Source: Rhynchopus sp. YZ270_cl-10 (Eukaryota). From it: a DNA stretch of 64,000 nucleotides. The translations under genes and the position numbers were made by a program. The notes below the pieces were generated by a model. The model was not told where the DNA came from, did no database searches, and saw only the letters and a program-made list of their open reading frames with translations. Shown here piece after piece: positions 23,201 to 37,868 of this stretch. The stretch lies in the NCBI GenBank assembly GCA_964035575.1, contig OZ037845.1, positions 992,001 through 1,056,000 on the forward strand, given 5' to 3'. Positions within the stretch are counted from its first letter, which is position 1. Each line of letters opens with the position of its first letter.

Positions 23201-26200
23201 TGCGCTGAAACGGATGCGTTGAAACGGATGCGTTGAAACGGATGCGTTGAAACGGATGCGTTGAAACGGATGCGTTGAAACGGATGCGCTGAAACGGATG
23301 CGTTGAAACGGATGCGCTGAAACGGATGCGTTGAAACGGATGCGTTGAAACAGACGCGTTGACACGGATGCGTTGAAACAGATGCGTTGAAACGGATGCG
23401 TTGACACGGATGCGTTGCAACGGATGCGCTGAAACGGATGCGTTGAAACGGATGCGCTGAAACGGATGCGTTGAAACGGATGCGCTGAAACGGATGCGTT
23501 GAAACGGATGCGTTGAAGCGGATGCGCTGAAACGGATGCGTTGAAACGGATGCGTTGAAACAGACGCGTTGACACGGATGCGTTGAAACGGATGCGTTGA
23601 AACGGATGCGTTGAAGCGGATGCGTTGAAACGGATGCGTTGACACGGATGCGTTGAAACGGATGCGTTGAAACGGATGCGCTGAAACGGATGCGTTGAAA
23701 CGGATGCGCTGAAACGGATGCGTTGAAACGGATGCGTTGAAGCGGATGCGCTGAAACGGATGCGTTGAAACGGATGCGTTGACACGGATGCGTTGAAACA
23801 GATGCGTTGAAACGGATGCGTTGAAACGGACGCGTTGAAACGGATGCTCTGAAACGGATGCGTTGAAACGGATGCGTTGAAACGGATGCGTTGAAACGGA
23901 CGCGTTGAAACGGATGCTCTGAAACGGATGCGTTGAAACGGATGCTCTGAAACGGATGCGTTGAAACGGATGCGCTGAAACGGATGCGTTGACACGGATG
24001 CGTTGAAACGGATGCGTTGAAACGGATGCGTTGAAACGGATGCTCTGAAACGGATGCGTTGACACGGATGCGTTGAAACGGATGCGTTGAAACAGACGCG
24101 TTGAAACGGATGCGTTGAAGCGGATGCGCTGAAACAGACGCGTTGACACGGATGCGTTGAAACAGACGCGTTGAAACGGATGCGCTGAAACAGACGCGTT
24201 GACACGGATGCGTTGAAACGGACGCGTTGAAACGGATGCTCTGAAACGGATGCGTTGAAACGGATGCGTTGAAACGGATGCGTTGAAACGGATGCGTTGA
24301 CACGGATGCGTTGAAACGGATGCGTTGAAACGGATGCTCTGAAACGGATGCGTTGACACGGATGCGTTGACACGGATGCGTTGAAACAGACGCGTTGAAA
24401 CGGATGCGTTGAAACGGATGCGCTGAAACGGATGCGTTGAAACAGACGCGTTGACACGGATGCGTTGAAACAGACGCGTTGAAACGGATGCGCTGAAACA
24501 GACGCGTTGACACGGATGCGTTGAAACAGACGCGTTGAAACGGATGCGTTGAAGCGGATGCGTTGACACGGATGCGTTGAAACAGACGCGTTGAAACGGA
24601 TGCGTTGAAACAGACGCGTTGACACGGATGCGTTGATACAGACGCGTTGAAACGGATGCGTTGAAACGGATGCGTTGAAGCGGATGCGTTGACACGGATG
24701 CGTTGAAACAGACGCGTTGAAACGGATGCGTTGAAACAGACGCGTTGACACGGATGCGTTGAAACGGATGCGCTGAAACGGATGCGTTGAAACGGATGCG
24801 TTGAAACGGATGCGTTGACACGGATGCGTTGAAACGGATGCGTTGAAACGGATGCGTTGAAACAGATGCGTTGACACGGATGCGTTGAAACGGATGCGTT
24901 GAAACGTATGCGTTGAAACAGATGCGTTGAAACGGATGCGTTGAAACGGATGCGTTGAAACAGACGCGTTGACACGGATGCGTTGAAACGGATGCGTTGA
25001 AACGTATGCGTTGAAACAGATGCGTTGAAACGGATGCGTTGAAACGGATGCGTTGAAACAGACGCGTTGACACGGATGCGTTGACACGGATGCGTTGAAA
25101 CGGATGCGTTGAAACAGACGCGTTGACACGGATGCGTTGAAACGGATGCGTTGAAACGGATGCGTTGACACGGATGCGTTGAAACGGATGCGTTGAAACG
25201 GATGCGTTGACACGGATGCGTTGAAACGGATGCGTTGAAACGGATGCGTTGACACGGATGCGTTGAAACGGATGCGTTGAAACGGATGCGTTGAAACAGA
25301 CGCGTTGACACGGATGCGTTGACACGGATGCGTTGAAACGGATGCGTTGAAACGGATGCGTTGAAACGGATGCGTTGAAACGGATGCGTTGACACGGATG
25401 CGTTGAAACGGATGCGTTGAAACGGATGCGTTGAAACGGATGCGTTGACACGGATGCGTTGAAACGGATGCGTTGAAACGGATGCGTTGACACGGATGCG
25501 TTGAAACGGATGCGTTGACACGGATGCGTTGAAACGGATGCGTTGACACGGATGCGTTGAAACGGATGCGTTGAAACGGATGCGTTGAAACGGATGCGTT
25601 GACACGGATGCGTTGAAACGGATGCGTTGAAACGGATGCGTTGAAACGGATGCGTTGAAACGGATGCGTTGACACGGATGCGTTGAAACGGATGCGCTGA
25701 AACGGATGCGTTGAAACGGATGCGTTGAAACAGACGCGTTGACACGGATGCGTTGAAACAGATGCGTTGAAACGGATGCGTTGAAACGGATGCGTTGACA
25801 CGGATGCGTTGAAACGGATGCGCTGAAACGGATGCGTTGAAACGGATGCGTTGAAGCGGATGCGCTGAAACGGATGCGTTGAAACGGATGCGTTGAAACA
25901 GACGCGTTGACACGGATGCGTTGAAACGGATGCGTTGACACGGATGCGTTGAAACGAATGCGTTGAAACGGATGCGTTGACACGGATGCGTTGAAACGGA
26001 TGCGTTGAAACGGATGCGTTGAAACGGATGCGTTGACACGGATGCGTTGAAACGGATGCGTTGAAACGGATGCGTTGAAACAGACGCGTTGACACGGATG
26101 CGTTGAAACGGATGCGTTGAAACGGATGCGTTGAAACGGATGCGTTGACACGGATGCGTTGAAACGGATGCGTTGAAACGGATGCGTTGACACGGATGCG

Positions 26201-29200
26201 TTGAAACGGATGCGTTGACACGGATGCGTTGAAACGGATGCGTTGAAACGGATGCGTTGAAACAGACGCGTTGACACGGATGCGTTGAAACGGATGCGTT
26301 GAAACGGATGCGTTGAAACGGATGCGTTGACACGGATGCGTTGAAACGGATGCGTTGAAACGGATGCGTTGACACGGATGCGTTGAAACGGATGCGTTGA
26401 CACGGATGCGTTGAAACGGATGCGTTGAAACGGATGCGTTGAAACAGACGCGTTGACACGGATGCGTTGAAACGGATGCGTTGAAACGGATGCGTTGAAA
26501 CGGATGCGTTGACACGGATGCGTTGAAACGGATGCGTTGAAACGGATGCGTTGACACGGATGCGTTGAAACGGATGCGTTGAAACGGATGCGTTGACACG
26601 GATGCGTTGAAACGGATGCGTTGACACGGATGCGTTGAAACGGATGCGTTGAAACGGATGCGTTGACACGGATGCGTTGAAACGAATGCGTTGAAACGGA
26701 TGCGTTGACACGGATGCGTTGAAACGGATGCGTTGAAACGGATGCGTTGAAACGGATGCGTTGACACGGATGCGTTGAAACGGATGCGTTGAAACGGATG
26801 CGTTGAAACGGATGCGTTGAAACGGATGCGTTGAAACGGATGCGTTGAAACGGATGCGTTGAAACGGATGCGTTGACACGGATGCGTTGAAACGGATGCG
26901 TTGAAACAGACGCGTTGACACGGATGCGTTGAAACGGATGCGTTGAAACGGATGCGCTGAAACAGACGCGTTGACACGGATGCGTTGAAACAGACGCGTT
27001 GACACGGATGCGTTGAAACGGATGCGTTGAAACGGATGCGTTGAAGCGGATGCGTTGACACGGATGCGTTGAAACAGACGCGTTGAAACGGATGCGTTGA
27101 AACAGACGCGTTGACACGGATGCGTTGAAACGGATGCGTTGAAACGGATGCGCTGAAACGGATGCGTTGAAACGGATGCGTTGAAACGGATGCGTTGACA
27201 CGGATGCGTTGAAACGGATGCGTTGAAACGGATGCGTTGAAACAGATGCGTTGACACGGATGCGTTGAAACGGATGCGTTGAAACGTATGCGTTGAAACA
27301 GATGCGTTGAAACGGATGCGTTGAAACGGATGCGTTGAAACAGACGCGTTGACACGGATGCGTTGAAACAGACGCGTTGACACGGATGCGTTGAAACGGA
27401 TGCGTTGAAACGGATGCGTTGAAACGGATGCGTTGAAACGGATGCGTTGACACGGATGCGTTGAAACGGATGCGTTGAAACGGATGCGTTGAAACGGATG
27501 CGTTGAAACGGATGCGTTGAAACGGATGCGTTGACACGGATGCGTTGAAACGGATGCGTTGAAACGGATGCGTTGACACGGATGCGTTGAAACGGATGCG
27601 TTGAAACAGACGCGTTGACACGGATGCGTTGAAACGGATGCGTTGAAACGGATGCGTTGACACGGATGCGTTGAAACGGATGCGTTGAAACGGATGCGTT
27701 GACACGGATGCGTTGAAACGGATGCGTTGAAACGGATGCGTTGACACGGATGCGTTGAAACGGATGCGTTGACACGGATGCGTTGAAACGGATGCGTTGA
27801 CACGGATGCGTTGAAACGGATGCGTTGAAACGGATGCGTTGAAACGGATGCGTTGACACGGATGCGTTGAAACGGATGCGTTGAAGCGGATGCGTTGAAA
27901 CGGATGCGTTGAAACGGATGCGTTGACACGGATGCGTTGAAACGGATGCGCTGAAACGGATGCGTTGAAACGGATGCGTTGACACGGATGCGTTGAAACG
28001 GATGCGTTGAAACGGATGCGTTGAAACAGATGCGTTGACACGGATGCGTTGAAACGGATGCGTTGAAACGTATGCGTTGAAACAGATGCGTTGAAACGGA
28101 TGCGTTGAAACGGATGCGTTGAAACAGACGCGTTGACACGGATGCGTTGAAACGGATGCGTTGAAACGTATGCGTTGAAACAGATGCGTTGAAACGGATG
28201 CGTTGAAACGGATGCGTTGAAACAGACGCGTTGACACGGATGCGTTGACACGGATGCGTTGAAACGGATGCGTTGAAACAGACGCGTTGACACGGATGCG
28301 TTGAAACGGATGCGTTGAAACGGATGCGTTGACACGGATGCGTTGAAACGGATGCGTTGAAACGGATGCGTTGACACGGATGCGTTGAAACGGATGCGTT
28401 GACACGGATGCGTTGAAACGGATGCGTTGACACGGATGCGTTGAAACGGATGCGTTGAAACGGATGCGTTGAAACGGATGCGTTGACACGGATGCGTTGA
28501 AACGGATGCGTTGAAACGGATGCGTTGAAACGGATGCGTTGAAACGGATGCGTTGACACGGATGCGTTGAAACGGATGCGCTGAAACGGATGCGTTGAAA
28601 CGGATGCGTTGAAACAGACGCGTTGACACGGATGCGTTGAAACAGATGCGTTGAAACGGATGCGTTGAAACGGATGCGTTGACACGGATGCGTTGAAACG
28701 GATGCGCTGAAACGGATGCGTTGAAACGGATGCGTTGAAGCGGATGCGCTGAAACGGATGCGTTGAAACGGATGCGTTGAAACAGATGCGTTGAAACGGA
28801 TGCGTTGAAACGGATGCGTTGAAACAGACGCGTTGACACGGATGCGTTGACACGGATGCGTTGAAACGGATGCGTTGAAACAGACGCGTTGACACGGATG
28901 CGTTGAAACGGATGCGTTGAAACGGATGCGTTGACACGGATGCGTTGAAACGGATGCGTTGAAACGGATGCGTTGAAACAGACGCGTTGACACGGATGCG
29001 TTGACACGGATGCGTTGAAACGGATGCGTTGAAACGGATGCGTTGAAACGGATGCGTTGACACGGATGCGTTGAAACGGATGCGTTGAAACGGATGCGTT
29101 GAAACGGATGCGTTGACACGGATGCGTTGAAACGGATGCGTTGAAACGGATGCGTTGACACGGATGCGTTGAAACGGATGCGTTGACACGGATGCGTTGA

Positions 29201-32200
29201 AACGGATGCGTTGACACGGATGCGTTGAAACGGATGCGTTGAAACGGATGCGTTGAAACGGATGCGTTGACACGGATGCGTTGAAACGGATGCGTTGAAA
29301 CGGATGCGTTGAAACGGATGCGTTGAAACGGATGCGTTGACACGGATGCGTTGAAACGGATGCGCTGAAACGGATGCGTTGAAACGGATGCGTTGAAACA
29401 GACGCGTTGACACGGATGCGTTGAAACAGATGCGTTGAAACGGATGCGTTGAAACGGATGCGTTGACACGGATGCGTTGAAACGGATGCGCTGAAACGGA
29501 TGCGTTGAAACGGATGCGTTGAAGCGGATGCGCTGAAACGGATGCGTTGAAACGGATGCGTTGAAACAGACGCGTTGACACGGATGCGTTGAAACGGATG
29601 CGTTGACACGGATGCGTTGAAACGAATGCGTTGAAACGGATGCGTTGACACGGATGCGTTGAAACGGATGCGTTGAAACGGATGCGTTGAAACGGATGCG
29701 TTGACACGGATGCGTTGAAACGGATGCGTTGAAACGGATGCGTTGAAACAGACGCGTTGACACGGATGCGTTGAAACGGATGCGTTGAAACGGATGCGTT
29801 GAAACGGATGCGTTGACACGGATGCGTTGAAACGGATGCGTTGAAACGGATGCGTTGACACGGATGCGTTGAAACGGATGCGTTGACACGGATGCGTTGA
29901 AACGGATGCGTTGAAACGGATGCGTTGAAACAGACGCGTTGACACGGATGCGTTGAAACGGATGCGTTGAAACGGATGCGTTGAAACGGATGCGTTGACA
30001 CGGATGCGTTGAAACGGATGCGTTGAAACGGATGCGTTGACACGGATGCGTTGAAACGGATGCGTTGACACGGATGCGTTGAAACGGATGCGTTGAAACG
30101 GATGCGTTGAAACAGACGCGTTGACACGGATGCGTTGAAACGGATGCGTTGAAACGGATGCGTTGAAACGGATGCGTTGACACGGATGCGTTGAAACGGA
30201 TGCGTTGAAACGGATGCGTTGACACGGATGCGTTGAAACGGATGCGTTGAAACGGATGCGTTGACACGGATGCGTTGAAACGGATGCGTTGACACGGATG
30301 CGTTGAAACGGATGCGTTGAAACGGATGCGTTGACACGGATGCGTTGAAACGAATGCGTTGAAACGGATGCGTTGACACGGATGCGTTGAAACGGATGCG
30401 TTGAAACGGATGCGTTGAAACGGATGCGTTGACACGGATGCGTTGAAACGGATGCGTTGAAACGGATGCGTTGAAACGGATGCGTTGAAACGGATGCGTT
30501 GAAACGGATGCGTTGAAACGGATGCGTTGAAACGGATGCGTTGACACGGATGCGTTGAAACGGATGCGTTGAAACAGACGCGTTGACACGGATGCGTTGA
30601 AACGGATGCGTTGAAACGGATGCGCTGAAACAGACGCGTTGACACGGATGCGTTGAAACAGACGCGTTGACACGGATGCGTTGAAACGGATGCGTTGAAA
30701 CGGATGCGTTGAAGCGGATGCGTTGACACGGATGCGTTGAAACAGACGCGTTGAAACGGATGCGTTGAAACAGACGCGTTGACACGGATGCGTTGAAACG
30801 GATGCGTTGAAACGGATGCGCTGAAACGGATGCGTTGACACGGATGCGTTGAAACGGATGCGTTGAAACGGATGCGTTGAAACAGATGCGTTGACACGGA
30901 TGCGTTGAAACGGATGCGTTGAAACGTATGCGTTGAAACAGATGCGTTGAAACGGATGCGTTGAAACGGATGCGTTGAAACAGACGCGTTGACACGGATG
31001 CGTTGAAACGGATGCGTTGAAACAGACGCGTTGACACGGATGCGTTGAAACGGATGCGTTGAAACGGATGCGTTGAAACGGATGCGTTGAAACGGATGCG
31101 TTGACACGGATGCGTTGAAACGGATGCGTTGAAACGGATGCGTTGAAACGGATGCGTTGAAACGGATGCGTTGAAACGGATGCGTTGAAACGGATGCGTT
31201 GACACGGATGCGTTGAAACGGATGCGTTGAAACGGATGCGTTGACACGGATGCGTTGAAACGGATGCGTTGAAACAGACGCGTTGACACGGATGCGTTGA
31301 AACGGATGCGTTGAAACGGATGCGTTGACACGGATGCGTTGAAACGGATGCGTTGAAACGGATGCGTTGACACGGATGCGTTGAAACGGATGCGTTGAAA
31401 CGGATGCGTTGACACGGATGCGTTGAAACGGATGCGTTGACACGGATGCGTTGAAACGGATGCGTTGACACGGATGCGTTGAAACGGATGCGTTGAAACG
31501 GATGCGTTGAAACGGATGCGTTGACACGGATGCGTTGAAACGGATGCGTTGAAGCGGATGCGTTGAAACGGATGCGTTGAAACGGATGCGTTGACACGGA
31601 TGCGTTGAAACGGATGCGCTGAAACGGATGCGTTGAAGCGGATGCGCTGAAACGGATGCGTTGAAACGGATGCGTTGAAACAGACGCGTTGACACGGATG
31701 CATTGAAACGGATGCGTTGAAACGGATGCGTTGAAACGGATGCGTTGAAACGGATGCGTTGAAACGGATGCGCTGAAACGGATGCGTTGAAACGGATGCG
31801 TTGAAGCGGATGCGCTGAAACAGATGCGTTGAAACGGATGCGTTGAAACGGACGCGTTGAAACGGATGCTCTGAAACGGATGCGTTGAAACGGATGCGTT
31901 GAAACGGATGCGTTGAAACGGATGCGTTGAAACGGATGCGTTGACACGGATGCGTTGAAACGGATGCGTTGAAACGGATGCGTTGACACGGATGCGTTGA
32001 AACGGATGCGCTGAAACGGATGCGTTGAAACGGATGCGCTGAAACGGATGCGTTGAAACGGATGCGCTGAAACGGATGCGTTGAAACGGATGCGCTGAAA
32101 CGGATGCGTTGAAACAGATGCGTTGAAACGGATGCGTTGAAACGGATGCGTTGAAACGGATGCGTTGACACGGATGCGTTGAAACGGATGCGCTGAAACG

Positions 32201-35200
32201 GATGCGTTGAAACGGATGCGCTGAAACGGATGCGTTGAAACGGATGCGTTGACACGGATGCGTTGAAACGGATGCGTTGAAACGGATGCGTTGAAGCGGA
32301 TGCGCTGAAACGGATGCGTTGAAACGGATGCGTTGAAACAGACGCGTTGACACGGATGCGTTGACACGGATGCGTTGCAACGGATGCGCTGAAACAGATG
32401 CGTTGAAACGGATGCGTTGAAACGGATGCGCTGAAACGGATGCGTTGAAACGGATGCGCTGAAACGGATGCGTTGAAACGGATGCGCTGAAACGGATGCG
32501 TTGAAACGGATGCGTTGAAACAGATGCGTTGAAACGGATGCGTTGAAACGGATGCGCTGAAACGGATGCGTTGAAACGGATGCGCTGAAACGGATGCGTT
32601 GAAACGGATGCGTTGAAACAGATGCGTTGAAACGGATGCGTTGACACGGATGCGTTGCAACGGATGCGCTGAAACAGATGCGTTGAAACGGATGCGTTGA
32701 AACGGATGCGCTGAAACGGATGCGTTGAAACGGATGCGCTGAAACGGATGCGTTGAAACGGATGCGTTGAAGCGGATGCGTTGAAACGGATGCGTTGAAA
32801 CGGATGCGTTGAAACGGATGCGCTGAAACGGATGCGTTGAAACGGATGCGCTGAAACGGATGCGTTGAAACGGATGCGCTGAAACGGATGCGTTGAAACG
32901 GATGCGTTGAAACAGATGCGTTGAAACGGATGCGTTGAAACGGATGCGCTGAAACGGATGCGTTGAAACGGATGCGCTGAAACGGATGCGTTGAAACGGA
33001 TGCGTTGAAGCGGATGCGCTGAAACGGATGCGTTGAAACGGATGCGTTGAAACAGACGCGTTGACACGGATGCGTTGAAACGGATGCGCTGAAACGGATG
33101 CGTTGAAACGGATGCGTTGAAGCGGATGCGCTGAAACAGATGCGTTGAAACGGATGCGTTGAAACGGACGCGTTGAAACGGATGCTCTGAAACGGATGCG
33201 TTGAAACGGATGCGTTGAAACGGATGCGTTGAAACGGATGCGTTGAAACGGATGCGTTGACACGGATGCGTTGAAACAGACGCGTTGAAACGGATGCGTT
33301 GAAACGGATGCGTTGAAACGGACGCGTTGAAACGGATGCTCTGAAACGGATGCGTTGAAACGGATGCGTTGAAACGGATGCGTTGACACGGATGCGTTGA
33401 AACGGATGCGTTGAAACAGACGCGTTGAAACGGATGCGTTGAAGCGGATGCGCTGAAACAGACGCGTTGACACGGATGCGTTGAAACAGACGCGTTGAAA
33501 CGGATGCGCTGAAACAGACGCGTTGACACGGATGCGTTGAAACAGACGCGTTGAAACGGATGCGTTGAAACGGATGCGTTGAAACGGATGCGCTGAAACA
33601 GACGCGTTGACACGGATGCGTTGAAACAGACGCGTTGACACGGCTGCGTTGAAACGGACGCGTTGAAACGGATGCTCTGAAACGGATGCGTTGAAACGGA
33701 TGCGTTGAAACGGATGCGTTGAAACGGATGCGTTGAAACGGATGCGTTGACACGGATGCGTTGAAACAGACGCGTTGAAACGGATGCGTTGAAACGGATG
33801 CGTTGACACGGATGCGTTGACACGGATGCGTTGAAACGGATGCGTTGAAACAGACGCGTTGAAACGGATGCGTTGAAGCGGATACGTTGACACGGATGCG
33901 TTGAAACAGACGCGTTGAAACGGATGCGTTGAAACGGATGCGCTGAAACAGACGCGTTGACACGGATGCGTTGAAACAGACGCGTTGAAACGGATGCGCT
34001 GAAACAGACGCGTTGACACGGATGCGTTGAAACAGACGCGTTGAAACGGATGCGTTGAAACGGATGCGTTGAAACGGATGCGCTGAAACAGACGCGTTGA
34101 CACGGATGCGTTGATACAGACGCGTTGAAACGGATGCGTTGAAACGGATGCGTTGAAGCGGATGCGTTGACACGGATGCGTTGAAACAGACGCGTTGAAA
34201 CGGATGCGTTGAAACAGACGCGTTGACACGGATGCGTTGAAACGGATACGCTGAAACGGATGCGTTGAAACGGATGCGTTGAAACGGATGCGTTGACACG
34301 GATGCGTTGAAACGGATGCGTTGAAACGGATGCGTTGAAGTGGATGCGTTGACACGGATGCGTTGAAACGGATGCGTTGAAACGTATGCGTTGAAACAGA
34401 TGCGTTGAAACGGATGCGTTGAAACGGATGCGTTGAAACGGATGCGTTGAAACGGATGCGTTGAAACGGATGCGTTGACACGGATGCGTTGAAACGGATG
34501 CGTTGAAACGGATGCGTTGAAACGGATGCGTTGAAACGGATGCGTTGACACGGATGCGTTGAAACGGATGCGTTGAAACGGATGCGTTGACACGGATGCG
34601 TTGAAACGGATGCGCTGAAACGGATGCGTTGAAACGGATGCGCTGAAACGGATGCGTTGAAACGGATGCGTTGAAACAGACGCGTTGACACGGATGCGTT
34701 GAAACAGATGCGTTGAAACGGATGCGTTGAAACGGATGCGTTGAAACGGATGCGTTGACACGGATGCGTTGAAACGGATGCGCTGAAACGGATGCGTTGA
34801 AACGGATGCGCTGAAACGGATGCGTTGAAACGGATGCGTTGAAGCGGATGCGCTGAAACGGATGCGTTGAAACGGATGCGTTGAAACAGACGCGTTGACA
34901 CGGATGCGTTGAAACAGATGCGTTGAAACGGATGCGTTGACACGGATGCGTTGCAACGGGTGCGCTGAAACGGATGCGTTGAAACGGATGCGCTGAAACG
35001 GATGCGTTGAAACGGATGCGTTGAAACGGATGCGCTGAAACGGATGCGTTGAAACGGATGCGCTGAAACGGATGCGTTGAAACGGATGCGTTGAAGCGGA
35101 TGCGCTGAAACGGATGCGTTGAAACGGATGCGTTGAAACAGACGCGTTGACACGGATGCGTTGAAACGGATGCGCTGAAACGGATGCGTTGAAACGGATG

Positions 35201-35264
35201 CGCTGAAACGGATGCGTTGAAACGGATGCGTTGAAGCGGATGCGCTGAAACAGATGCGTTGAAA
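8241..35264. repeat. Satellite array, 14-bp unit GAAACGGATGCGTT, about 1930 copies, with higher-order duplications
   Basis: Unit starts at 8255 and 35261 differ by 27006 = 1929 x 14; the variants I saw are substitutions. Confidence 0.99.
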
Positions 35265-36424
35265 CTAGATATTTCCCTCCCTCCCGCCAGAGCCCGAGGG
35301 CGCCCTTGAGGGAGGCCCTGACCTCCCGAAAGGGCAGCCCGAGGGCCAAGGGGGGGAGGGATGTAGCTTTGTGACCCGAGCTGGTGGCTTTCCGAACCCG
35401 ACCATGTTTGTGGTTTTTTGTGTATATTCACGTGGGTTGCATGCTATGGTATGGCACGTGTGCACTCCCCCATGGTGGCCAACGGACGGCCATACGTCTG
35501 CGAATACGTTTTTTGAGCCGCACATACCAGGATGTGGGACGTTTAAAAAGTTTTTCGGTGGTTTTGGCCGCCAACCAGACTTTCCGCGCTGAAGAATCCG
35601 ATGAAGAATTCTTCGAAAAAAAAAAAAAATCCCAAAAAAAAATTTTTTTCCAGTGAAGAATTCTTCATTGGAAAAAAAAAAAAATAAAAAAAAATTCCCG
35701 AAAAAAAAAAATTCCCCCACATAAGCCTCTGAGAGCGACCAGAACTGGCCTCATGAACAAAGTGACCCCGTCACAGCCAGAACGCGACTCAATTGATCAA
35801 GCGCCGAACGAAAAGGAAACATGCAGCATGGCGAAAGGAAAAAAGTAGCGCACCGTGCGCCTGCGGCGCAACCTTGCAACCCACGTTCCCATGACATAAT
35901 TTGGCTGTAAAAGTGTGCAATTTTAAGCGCAATTTTTTGAAATGTTGCGTACCGTGGCTTCGCCAGGAGCCTTGATGCTATGACCACCGTTTCTTTTTGT
36001 ACACGCACTGAAGTTACTGATAATTCGTGTGTCTGGTGCAAATATCAATGAAGTTGAACTCCTCAGTTGGATACCCGAGGAATTCTCTTATTCCGGGTCG
36101 GGCTCGACCGCGCCTTTTTATTTTTTTTTGGAATCTCAGGGACTGCGCTGGAACGCGTTTTTTTTGGGCCAGAACTCTAGTTTCTCCGCCGGAGGCCCCC
36201 AACTTGCCGTGAACTCCCGGCGCGCGTAGCGCGCCGGGCTCGGGACGTATTTACCTTTTATGTACAAAATCACGATTCTTCATCAAAAATCGTACCCAAT
36301 GAAGGAGCGCGGAAACACTGGCAACACGGCAAAAAAAAAAAACGGCTCTCAAGGGAATCCCTTGAGCTCTCGCGGGAATTTTTTTTTTCTCGCGGGAGGG
36401 TAAGGAAAGCTACCGGGAGGGTTA
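35265..36424 (-). mobile_element. Non-autonomous Helitron-like element, copy A (3' end at 35265)
   Basis: On -: GC-rich hairpin CCTCCCTC...GAGGGAGG, 7 nt, CTAG, then T. The first ~300 bp is similar to 36425 onward. Far boundary uncertain. Confidence 0.5.
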
Positions 36425-36915
36425 CTAGCTATTTCCCTCCCTCCCGCCAGAGCCCGAGGGCGCCCTTGAGGGAGGTCAGGGCAGCCCGAGGGCCGAAGGC
36501 CCGAGGGCGCCCTGACCTCCCGAAAGGGCAGCCCGAGGGCCAAGGGAGGGAGGGATGTAGCTTTGTGACCCGAAGAGGTCGTTTTCGACCCGAACTGCCT
36601 GCAAACAAGCGCTTTTGTGGTGTTTTGTGTACAAACACGTAGGTTTTTCGGCCCACATGGGTACCATCGTTTGTGGCCTACGGACGCCCAAAAGCATGCG
36701 GATACGCTTTTCGAGTCGCAGAAACCAGGTTGTGGGCCGTTTTAAAAAGTTTTTGGCCGGTTTCAGTCACCAAAACGCACATTCTCTCGCGGGAATTTTT
36801 GGTGCTCTCAAGGGAATCCTCTTAGCTCTCAAGGGAATCCCTTTAGACCTCTGGAGGGTTACAAAAATAGCTATTCTCTCGCGGGAATTTTTGGTGCTCT
36901 CAAGGGAATCCCTGC
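36425..36915 (-). mobile_element. Helitron-like element, copy B (3' end at 36425), with CTCTCAAGGGAATCC/CTCTCGCGGGAATT sub-repeats
   Basis: Same hairpin + CTAG|T terminus; diverged duplicate of 35265-~35580. Confidence 0.5.
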
Positions 36916-37665
36916 CCGCCTACTCCCCTTAAGACATACAAACGCCCAATCATAGCATTTTTCAGAGTTAATGTCGGATTGCGCCCTGGTCTCTACCTTG
37001 GTCCAGGGATGGGGGGCTGCTTTTTGTAACAGGGTGCGTGCTGTGTGTCCCCTTTGCTACAATACGTTCCTCCCCTACCCATGCAATGCATATTCTTACA
37101 GGCAGCAGTCTGCACAACCACCTTGTCACTCCGTTTATTGCAATTCACCAACCAGCCTGAGTCTCGCACCATTAGCTACACCACTTTCCAAGCTGGGAAG
37201 ATGCGCGTTGCGTTTTACGACATAGCCCATCTTCAACCTTGTTTCTTGAGTGACTTTTAGGCGTGTCCTTTTGTTCCGCACACCACGACACCAGCTTTCA
37301 TTTCTTCGCGCATCACTCCATTTGTAATTTCTGTTTTTGGGGAGGTATCCTCGCGCACAAGTTGTTTGGCTCCAAGGTGACACCCAGACAGGGGAGGTGT
37401 GATGAGATACCCAGGGCTGTGCCCGCCTTTAGTGTTCTGTTCATTTTGTTGGTGTGGTGCGCCCACCTTCGCTTTCTGTTCATTGTGTACTAACCTGCTG
37501 CAATAAAGAGACCACTGAAGGCAAGGGGGGAAAAAAGGTGGGCCGCCGGCTGACGAGCGGTTGTGTACCGCCCCCGTTCACACTACGGTGCGGGTAAGTC
37601 GTGGTTTCTTTTTACACCTTCTGTTGTTGGCCGCAGGGTACTTGTGCTTTCAGCCGGTTCAAATT

Positions 37666-37868
37666 ATTTCTTGCTTTCTTTTCGCTCTTGTTACTCGGCG
37701 AAATATTACAGAAGATACGAATCATCGGTCTTCGTATGACATACGCCAAAAAAGAAACCTGTCCACTGCTGTGTTTTTTTTTTTTAAATTGTGAGATTCC
37801 CCACGACCCTTCTAACACCACAAACCACTACCATAATCACCGCCACCACCAGGATATATTATTCTTCT
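37666..37868 (+). repeat. About 205-bp dispersed repeat, copy 1, upstream of BiP
   Basis: Near-identical to 40852-41057. Confidence 0.9.

Noticed and set aside
8241..35264. CRISPR array or telomeric repeat
   Set aside because: No unique spacers or cas genes; the array is internal and has kb-scale duplications typical of satellite recombination.
8197..35431. Giant ORFs of up to 8709 aa (FQRIRFNASVSTHP repeats)
   Set aside because: The 14-mer has no stop on the - strand, so all three frames give the same peptide; this is an artefact of the satellite, with no credible start or unique domain.
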